From Trichoplax adhaerens (lineage: Eukaryota; Animalia; Placozoa): a stretch of 64,000 nucleotides of DNA. The stretch is taken from positions 642,482-706,481 of the forward strand of contig NW_002060952.1 of the NCBI RefSeq assembly GCF_000150275.1. The letters run 5' to 3'. Each line of letters starts with the position of its first letter. Position 1 is the stretch's first letter. Below are positions 54,332 to 64,000 of the stretch, in pieces. Below the pieces are notes generated by a model. That model saw nothing but the letters and a program-made list of their open reading frames with translations. It was not told the origin of the DNA and did not search any database. The position numbers were made by a program, and so were the translations under genes.

Positions 54332-55821
54332 TTTTCTAGGTAATGGTTGGAATTTATGCTACCTATAGCCAGTAAATTAGTGATTGGAGAATGGCGTGCA
54401 GGCTTGAGCCTGGCGAAAATGGAGAAGATTTGTTTTTGAATGGTTATGCTTCAAAGGGGCTGTAGGCTAGTTCCTACACCAACAGTTGGAGTTGACTCAG
54501 TTGAGTTTACAGCAATTGATGCAGTTGGCTATACTGTACACGGTATCGTACATATTTCTACTATACACAGTATACTGTACAGTACTGTACCAGGGGCTTC
54601 TATGCTAATACAGTTGTACAGTTATATTTACGTAGTCTTTTCAGAAGTCCCTGACAGTACAGTGTACAGTACAGTGGTGCAGAATACTTTGCACTGTAGT
54701 TAGGTTGTCCTTGATTTTCCACCCATACAGTACAGTACAGTACAGTACAGTACAGTACTATGCACCGTACAGTACAGTACAGTGTACAGTGTATAGTACT
54801 GTACTGTACACTGGAACGTGTGACGTTAGATTTTGAAACTTGACGTCACATGAACTTCAAGCACAGCAGTACAGTACAGTACTGTACTGTACAGTTTAAC
54901 ATGTTCGTACGCACACTCCAACACCCATCGACTTCAAGGAATGAGTGAGTCAACTGGACCGAGTCATGGGAACAGCTACTGTACACCGCACAGTAGTCGG
55001 TAGTGAGTGAGCAACTGAGCAAAGAGAGTATACATTGAGCAGGAACTGTACAATGTGCGATGTGAGCCAGTTCTTTTTAGAGTGCTATTAGGCAAATAAA
55101 TTGTAGTAAAGATGCAAAATTTGCCCAAAATTGTAAACATACAGTACTGTGCACTGTGATACAGTACAGTGTACTGTGTACTGTACAGTATATTACAGCC
55201 GACAGGGAGACTACAGTACAGTACAGTACTCTCCTGTACCAGTGGAGCTGGATGGGTGTATCCCAAATCTGTTACCATGGAGATAATCGACGTTACACCA
55301 ACAGTGGACAGATGACGCATGACATGATACGGCAATGGCGTCACACTCTCTATTCAGGGTCTCTACAGTCCATATAGTATGACACTGTACTGTACTGTGC
55401 ACTGTACACTGTACTGTAGTATACTGGTCTCTAGTACAGTACAGTATGACACTGCGCTTGTACTGTACACTCAGTGGACAAGCGCATCGTGTCACACGTT
55501 GTAAAGGTCACCAGATTAGCCAATAAGCAATCCACCAGCGCGTCATGTGATCGACGTTGAAGATCACCTGTTTTGCAGAATGGAAGGGTGTCGATGGGAG
55601 ACCTGACAAACTCTAGTGGCGACTAGTGTAGACAGTAGTCATAGCAAATCGCCTAGACTGCAGTACTGTTCGTGTATAGTGGCGACCATTTCAACTCAGT
55701 CTATCACACGCTGTCTGGCATTGCAAGAAGGCATTAGCAGCCATCCAGTGATTACTCCATCAACTCTCCATTTCTTCCTTCAATTAATCACCTTGAAACT
55801 GAATCAATTGATATTAAAACG
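54332..55821. promoter_or_regulatory. Putative bidirectional promoter region, PIGF/DEGS1
   Basis: Lies between divergent start codons; perfect CRE TGACGTCA at 54841; CCAAT at 55521; TCATGTGA E-box at 55543; TACAG clusters. Confidence 0.6.
54530..55470. repeat. Low-complexity TACAG/CTGTA pentamer-rich region, including (TACAG)6 at 54726-54755 and a perfect 24 bp palindrome at 54869-54892
   Basis: Direct inspection; both orientations are interleaved. Confidence 0.9.
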
Positions 55822-57725
55822 ATGGGAGCTTTTTGTTCACGTACAGAGTTTGAGTGGTCTAATCAAGAAGAACCGCATGCCATAAGACGAAAAGAAATTT
55901 TGCGTGAGTTTTGCATAGTGTAATTCAACCTTGGATTGGATGATGTTGTATAGCTTCCAGTCAAAATGGCGTTGGTACTAGACGTCTACTACTTTTCATG
56001 AAATCTTCTTCATCATTTGACAGCACTGTGTAGATGTTAAATTCATGCTAGATTGTTGACTGTGTATATAGTTGAATAACTTTGGCCAAATATTACGATG
56101 ACCTCGACAGTGTATCGTCAAGACCAACGGTGATCCAGTGACAATCATAACTGGTTGCACAGCATAGCAGTTTGTCAAATGGAACCGAAATGTTCATTAT
56201 AATGATGACAATCGTCAGATAGTATAGCTTCTAAAGGCATAATTTCTAACATTACCATAGGTAGTCTACCATCTTTGATAATAACTTACCGTATTTGCCT
56301 GGTGTAACATGCAAGACTGAGTTATTGTCAATCACTAGTATTGTCAATGGGCCATCGTCAATGCTTGCCTAATTCGGCTATTCAGCCAAGCAACCGTAAA
56401 ACATGGCATTAACGTGCTACTGTTTTCACTATCAATACATAATCATCATCATCATCATCATCTTGGTAGTCATTCTTATTAGGCTCGACTACAGTGGTAA
56501 CCAGTATTGACTATCCTCTCTAAAAACCTTGAAAAACTATGCCTACTTTTCTTATACTACACTGTTCATTATTACCATACTACTCAACGTTCGGTGATCG
56601 CTTTGCATGATTCTCATGCAGCCTAAAAATAGTCATTTAGATCTGCTGTACAACAGTCTCGTATTGTATCTTGAGCTGATTGTTGTTGACAATCGCTCAT
56701 TATTTTCAATATTGCCTGTATACTCGTTTTTAACTTTCACTTTTTTAGTCTCATAAAATTATTGTTGATTGATTCTGTTGCTAATAGTCAAACATCCTGA
56801 AATAAAAAGGCTGATGGGATATGACACCAGGATAGCCTTCATTAGTGTCATGATGGTACTCATACAAATTGCATCGTGTTATTACGTACAAACTTGCTCT
56901 TGGCCTACTCTGATCTTAGCTGCTTATGTATGGGGTGGAACGATCAACCATTCGTTATCGCTGGCTATGCATGAAATTTCGCATAATTTAGCATTCGGCC
57001 ATTCCAAACCACTATGGAATCGTATCTTGGGTATGATTGTAAATCTTCCAATTGGTTTACCTGCATCCATCACTTTTAAGAAGTATCATTTAGAACATCA
57101 TAAATTTCAAGGTGATGAGTTGATTGATACTGATATTCCGACAGATTTAGAAGGTCGTATGTTCTATAATACTGGCTTGAAGGTTATTTGGGTTTTCCTA
57201 CAGCCATTATTTTATGCCTTCCGTCCTGTGCTTGTGCGTCCTAAATCGGTTGAGCCACTTGAAGTCATCAATTTGATAGTTCAAGCTAGTTTCGATTTTG
57301 CTATTTATTACTTTATTGGTGCCAAAGCAATATCCTACTTAGTGATTGGGACTCTTTTAGCCTTGGGTATGCATCCATTGGCTGGTCATTTTATCTCTGA
57401 ACACTACATGTTTAATGTTGGATATGAAACGTATTCTTACTATGGTAGTTTGAACATGCTAGCTTGGAATGTTGGATATCACAACGAACATCATGACTTT
57501 CCCAATATTCCTGGTAGTCGATTGCCGGAAGTGCGTAAAATGGCTCCCGAATTTTATGATGATCTACCACATCACAATTCGTGGGTTAAAGTTATCTATG
57601 ATTTCATTATGGATCCCACTATTGGGCCTTACGCACGTATTAAGAGGGAAAACAGGGACAAAAAATTACAGAAATTAACAGCATCCAAGCAAGTCGACAG
57701 CGCTGACGTGAAAAAGCGAAATTAA
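55822..57725 (+). CDS. DEGS1: Sphingolipid delta-4 desaturase (dihydroceramide desaturase), 2 exons, 339 aa
   Basis: Exon 55822-55903 (MGAFCSRTEFEWSNQEEPHAIRRKEIL) spliced to 56788-57725 (LKHPEIK...). Three His boxes HEISH, HLEHH, HNEHH; N-terminal MGxxxS myristoylation-type motif. Confidence 0.95.
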
Positions 57726-59611
57726 CTTTTTAAAATATCTTTACAGTATATTGATTGAAGTAATGAATGATTAGTCATACAGTAGTTACTCCGGGTTCTA
57801 AATTGGTCAAGTGATCATTTTTAGATATTCCATAGTGTAGAAATTGACATGCTAGTTCTATTTTAGTTTCAGTATCCTATGAGGGTTGTTCAGATTATTC
57901 AGCTTTAAACGCCGTTGGCAAATGTCAGAAGTCAGATTGTAACCTATCGCATTGCACTGTAGCTATATTGTAGACGGTTTCTAAGCGTTATTAAAATTAT
58001 TTATTCTAAATATATCAGCATGCTTTATCTTGATTTATTTTGAAATAAATAGTACTTTATTCAAAATTGAGATTGACCTAGCTAGTTCTTAATTACTGTT
58101 ATAGTTGTACTACCCTCTGTCGTATTCAGTAGAAATCGATTAGTTAGTTATTCGATATTGTTACAAAGTCTTACTTCCAACATTACATTGGACTATCGGA
58201 TAAGGGACAAAGTTTAATTAATTATAATTATTATAGCGCGACGCTTAAGTTGTTGTGTTCAGCAAATTTCGTATTGCGTATCATATATTTATCTTGTGAT
58301 AGTGTACAGTGTATTTTTTTGATAACTCTAATTAGAAATCAACTAGATAATTCGCTGCTTCTGACAAACTACTAATATCTAAAATGCGGTGAAATGTAAC
58401 TATATGCGTACAACGCCTGTGTTCTTTAGCGGTGTTGTGGAAAATTTTTAACTTGCTTGCCGTCAGTTAATTTTTTTGGACGATTTTTAACTACGCTTTG
58501 ACCTTTGTAGTTTACTATGCTTCGCAAGGTCAGAAGCAAATATGAAAAATCTATGGTGGCAAATCCTCCCATCAATGTACAGTATGGGAGTACCGAAAGT
58601 GTCATCTTTGTGTGCTTATTAAATTGTATAAGGCAGTGATTTTATCTAAGATCTGTTGCTAAAGTTATATAATGCAAGATTTAATAAAGTGTTACCTGAA
58701 GAAGGGAAGAATTATTAACTAAGTTATATCTTGGGCGCATATTTCTAGGCGAAAACGTAAATTTTTTAGAGTTTTAAGAAAATGAGGAATAGTAAATTAT
58801 TTGAAAGTTATATTGTTACTCAAGTTGGGTAAATAGACCCTTCTTGAATCTTAATATTTGGAGTGGGCTAGCTGCCGTTTCGCATTACGAGCGTTTACCA
58901 CTTGCAGGGCTTAAAATTAGATCGCATAATGCACGCATACTAAGGACAGTACCGATTTGAGTAAATGTTGCCAAGAAAGTTAAATTGATATTTACTCATA
59001 TGATATCACACATACAAGAGATCAGATCCATTGCAATCAGCATCTAGATTCGTAGATTTATATACAATTTTATTTGTATCTTTAATGAATAAATACTGTG
59101 AAAATTTCCCATGCAACTCTACCAATGCGAAAATACATACGTAAAGCTCATTATGAAAAATAGCGAACACGGCTGGGTTTAACAGGTTATCGTTGATTTA
59201 TACCACATACTGTATATGCAAGTTACCAATAGAAACAAAATTAATCCCATATTAATATTTTTTAGCCATTTAGGCTTGCAATAGATACAATCTATTGCTT
59301 CATAAGATTGCTTTATAAATCTATAGTTACGTGAATACATTATAAAGTGCAGAGAAATCAATTTGTACAGTTTGGCAACTCCATTCATGGGCGGTTTAAC
59401 AATATTCGAGACTTTAGTTACTATTTTAAATTATTATGCAGACTTAACTAAATTAGATTAGTATATTTGAAATTTTGAAACTAACGATAAATAACGTATT
59501 AGCGCATTGTATGTAACTATAGTAATTCAAGACGTATCCTCTTACAAGCAGTAGAGAATCTTGTACGATATGACAGCGATTGAATCATTGAAGGAACAAA
59601 TATGCATAACT

Positions 59612-61443
59612 TTATTCTTTAATTGAGAAAGAGACTCCACAAGAACACCCCATCTCGGCTCTTGGATTACCAACAACGTGGAAAGACGATCTGATCATTT
59701 CTTCTCGGAAATCGATGATAGATCCTTTAATTAAATCTAAAGACATTTGATCGACAATTACTTGAGCTCCATCTTTTTCAAAAATTCTACGATTGAAAAA
59801 TCAATATTATGAGAAGAAATCGTTCGAAAAAATTTCAGGTTCTTTTCGTAAAGGTTAAGCCGGTGCATGAATAGATACTGGATTGTTCAGCTAATAATAC
59901 CCAAATACTGCATATTTATATACTGTGCTATGGTCTTGGTAGTTAAATACAAGCGGAATAAAGGTAGTTTATCCGAATTATATTCTAACCTGTCGTCTTC
60001 ATTAACGTTCTTGTCTAAATTGAACAAGTATTGAAATCCCGAACATCCACCATTTGTAACAACTACACGTAGGCGTCCATTTTCTTCTCTGATTTCTTTA
60101 AGTCGCTGTAATTAGGAAAATTGCAGACAATTTAAGAATTTTAATTTAAGCGGTACAACATATTAGATAGCTTTAGGCTTACTTTTTTTTACAATGTAAA
60201 TAGGAGAAAAATTATCGTGGAGAGGCATAGTTAATTCTTAATGATTTAAAAGTCGATTATGGCTATCAGAAATGTAAAGAGGGGGAAGTTCCATTGGCTA
60301 ATAGCATAAAATTGTACAGTATTTCAAACCCGTCAATGTTGCTAGAATTTCGTATTATAGTATGCGAAGGATAAAGTAGATACATATTTTATCCATAATC
60401 ATACGGATGTAATATGACATCCTAAATTACAATCTAAAGCCACCCATTCTATCGTATATATATTGGTGATTATTGTACTTGAAGTAAAAGATTTCTAGGT
60501 ATTAACTTGTGAAATGGATACAAATCTAAGTACGCGTCTACAGCAAAGATTCTGACAGTTCTACTACATGAGTGCCACGTAAAATGCTATGCTGTATATC
60601 GTAGTGTTAGCATATATAAAGAGCTGTTTATATACAGGCGATAACGCGTATGGTGTTTTAAGTGTATACGTATACTACCTCAAGTAGTCTATGGATAGAA
60701 TTCATTTATAATGCTGTGCAGACACTTGGCTTCGATAATTTTATTTACAGTTTTATTACACATTATTCTATAAAAATGAGTCATTGTACGGAAGTGTATA
60801 AACAGGTTACTGCACTCTTTTACAGTGATTATCTGATGGGTTCCGACTTGGGTCTTTTACCATAGGCAATAGAATCTAGAATATGTTTCATTGCAGTAAT
60901 ATTGTAAATTACTGAATATATTTATGAAAGCTTACTTATTTTATATCGAAGTAAAACTACATGAGCATATGCAAGTTCGGCGGCTATGTCCTAACCTACA
61001 TAACTTATTCACGAAAGTCGGACGTGACTGCAACTCTGCTAGCATAAGACGGTAAATAATCCAATCTATTCAATATCTCTTAACATTATGTAACAGATCA
61101 TTGATCAAGATAACTCGTATCAATTCAAATTTCGTTCAACGTCAATACTAACAGCGGTTTTACTCCACACACTGTCAATTGCAGCAGTTTAATTACCAAT
61201 CTAGCCCTACAAAAATTATTTTTGTCAATTGCAAAAGCACCAGTAACATTACAGCAATTAAAGAAGTACACTGCCTAACTAACTTACTTTGACGCAGCCA
61301 TCACTTAAAGTGATAGCCTCAGTATTTTTAGGGTCCGCCTGGATGGTTAAGTGCCTACAAAGAGGTTTAATCTGGCGAAAAATTTCAGGTTTTATTTGTA
61401 TAACTTTCCGCAACATAAATCTCGACGCCATAATCTTCATCAT
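59612..61443 (-). CDS. ISCA2: Mitochondrial iron-sulfur cluster assembly protein 2 (A-type ISC), 3 exons, ~148 aa
   Basis: Exons 61288-61443, 59990-60105, 59612-59786 (447 nt). Basic N-terminal presequence-like segment; [33 protein letters not shown] and [14 protein letters not shown] motifs. Start could be a slightly later Met. Confidence 0.92.
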
Positions 61444-62057
61444 GTTTTGCCAATGCAAGTCCTGGAATCTGTCTGGTACAGACAGACAGCAATGTCCAAG
61501 ATACAGTGTACAGTTTACAGTGTACCGTACCCCGGTGTGGAAGTACTGTACTTCTGTACTCTATACACCACGGAGATCAAAGAAAAAACCTTGGGTTTGA
61601 CTACTTGAATAGTGTTGAACGGTACCGTAGCCTCAACATCTCTACAGTACTGCCAGTACATATAGACTGTACGGACAGGACTGTGAACTAAAGCAGAACC
61701 TCAAGCTTGCTGTGCATGCAATTCTGTCCAACTTCTTTCGAGGAATTCTTCTGAATTATCGTGATCGAGGTAAAAGGTGTATAAAAATAAAGGAAATATG
61801 AATAATCATTAGAGTAATGAAATCATTTTAAGCCTATACAGTGGTAGCTAAGAGTATCGTCTTTTATTCGGCAAGTATTGATACTGTACTGTTGCTACAA
61901 GAGTAATACAGTCGTTGTTATAATCAGCAACATAGTCCTGAATTCCTGATGCAGGATTTCGGGAATCATGCTTGTTTGTTGCATTGTTCATCGGGGTTGA
62001 TTTTCGGCTTGAAAAATTATTCATTTTCTTAGTTTGAACAAGTTGAAGAAGAGAGTC
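61444..62057. promoter_or_regulatory. Putative bidirectional promoter and 5' UTRs, ISCA2/C9orf78
   Basis: 614 bp between divergent ATGs; TACAGT/ACTGTA/TACCGTA cluster at 61476-61680; likely 5' UTR intron of C9orf78 (donor ~61770, acceptor ~62032). Confidence 0.6.
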
Positions 62058-63847
62058 ATGACCAAGCGAAACTATAGGAAGAGAAGAGATTCAAGTGATG
62101 ATGATGAGAAAGTGGGCGATGAATCGATAAGGTAAAGCAGATTGGAATGTTGTAAAACGTCATGCAAAACGACAGCAAATATATATTTGCCACGCTTGAG
62201 TTACTTTTAAATTATAAGTAATGTTAGTGCATCACCTAGTTTTACTATATTAGTCTACTGTCATGGTGTAGAGCGAGTACGTGTAGTAATATCATTGGAT
62301 CTCGTAGTTGATGACCAGTATGGTACAATACGTGAACGTGTAAACCATAACATGATAGAATCAGTTTATGCTTTATTTTTATCCGACAAAATCCAATAGA
62401 ACGCGTACACATTAACATTTATAATACCTGTTGATAAAATTATCTTGATGCATAGCTTATACATAGCAATACTAAGGTAACCCTACAGGCAGATTTTACG
62501 AATTATTCCTGGCTTATATTGTAACCTTAGTGTCAAGCACTCAAGTCTATAAACTATTGCCTAGTCATTTATGGAAGGTCATGTCTAAATGTGCTTATTT
62601 GTTCGACGCTTGTTCAGTGATGTCATTAAGAGGGCCAAAGAACTGCAAAAGTTCCGCGCGAAACCGCGTGGTATTGATAGTAGCGAATTAGATAAAGGGA
62701 ACGTTCCAGATGTTGAAGTACCTGAAGATGAGGATCCATTTAAGCTCAAGACTGGCGGATTAATTGATATGGATCACGCGAAGAAGGTATAACGTTATTC
62801 GACAATATAATCACTTTAGGCACTCTGGCTGATACCTTACTACAGGGTTATATGAATAGATAATATATCATTATATATGGAATAATTAGTGGTACATTTC
62901 TTATAACTACAGCTACAGTATACACCTTTCTACATCTTGGATACAATAATACGTATAATTTTATACAGTATTAAGCTAGGCATGGTTATCACTGAGTATC
63001 ACCGTGCTTACACTAATATGTAATTTATCAGTATCAGCTTAAAGTACTGATAAGAGTTAATGAGATGGTAAATGTATCCATGTAAAGGATAGCGTAGCAA
63101 ATAACTTTTTAACTGATATAGAATTAGACAGTCTACATCATAGCAATTATTGAAGGTTCCCTTTATTCCTAATCTTAGTGCTTAACATCTTGATGTGATA
63201 AATTAATTATATTAGGGTGGCGTCGATGAAATGGGCGATAAAATTTCTCTTGGTAAGAATTTCTCTGCTGAAACGAATACCTTCGACGAAGATGCTGCCA
63301 TGATGAAGTATATTGAAGTTGAGCTGGCGAAAAAGAAGGGAGTTGTATCTCAAGATGATGAGGATTCTAGGTAAATAAATCGTATCATATTCTAGGCTCT
63401 ACTATACGTACATACTTGTCCGTTCAGGTTTATATTACCTATCTATCTCATTGCATGTATGTTAAATTATTTTTAGCCTAATAGTAGCTCAACAATACGC
63501 GTATGTTAAGTAAAAAGGTTTTACTTGAAGATCATGATATATAGTACATGTTTGCACAATTAACGGCTTTACTAATACTAGAAGTGGTAAAGTTCTTGAG
63601 GATAGCTTGTATGAATTACCTGAAAACTTACGTATAACTTCGGCTAAGAAATCGGAAGAAATGTTATCCAATCAGATGCTATCTGGAATACCAGAAATTG
63701 ATTTGGGCATAGATGCAAAGTTAAGAAATATTGAGGCCACAGAAAATGCTAAATTGGAAATGTTGATGAAACGAAGAAGAAAGAAAAATGAGATATCAAG
63801 CATGGTACCAATTAACATAGCCGTAAATTATGTTCAGCATACACGTT
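62058..63847 (+). CDS. C9orf78: C9orf78/Tls1/HCA59 spliceosome-associated protein, first 4 coding exons (continues beyond the window)
   Basis: Exons 62058-62131, 62618-62786, 63216-63370, 63582-63847 in phase. Motifs DPFKLKTGGLIDM, FSAETNTFDEDAAMMKYIE, LYELPENL, EEMLSNQMLSGIPEIDLGIDAKLRNIEATE. Confidence 0.92.
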
Positions 63848-64000
63848 GTAAGTTGATGTTACTAAGTTCACTTTAATGATTGCAATAAAATTAACTTTCA
63901 TTATCTAACACAAAACGTTGGCCATTGAGTGCATAATAATGAAAGCTTGTACTGTACAGTAATCGTGAATATTTTTCACGATTGAAACCGCTATGAGCTG

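Noticed and set aside
54440-55495. Overlapping ORFs rich in Y/S/T/V/Q/C
   Set aside because: Translations of the TACAG repeats.

Overview
AT-rich animal genomic DNA with short GT-AG introns. The compactness, intron sizes and gene content suggest an early-branching metazoan, most likely a placozoan (Trichoplax-like); this assignment is inference. The window has two very different halves. (1) 1-40 kb: the last six exons of WDR27 (+), then a single-exon FoxG forkhead gene (22938-24239, +) alone in ~38 kb with no other recognisable gene, containing only a few local duplications and probable decayed elements. (2) 40-64 kb: six tightly packed housekeeping genes in three consecutive head-to-head pairs: MCM8(-)/seipin BSCL2(+), PIGF(-)/DEGS1(+), ISCA2(-)/C9orf78(+, runs off the window). 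All exon structures were reconstructed by hand with consistent reading phase. The most notable unexplained pattern is that all three divergent intergenic regions are loaded with the same TACAGT(AC)/(GT)ACTGTA motif family. In the MCM8/seipin region this motif is the core of an inverted terminus with TTAA flanks around a 4-copy ~190-206 bp tandem array (Kolobok/T2-MITE-like), suggesting a transposon-related promoter grammar. No tRNA, rRNA, CRISPR or intact transposase was recognised.
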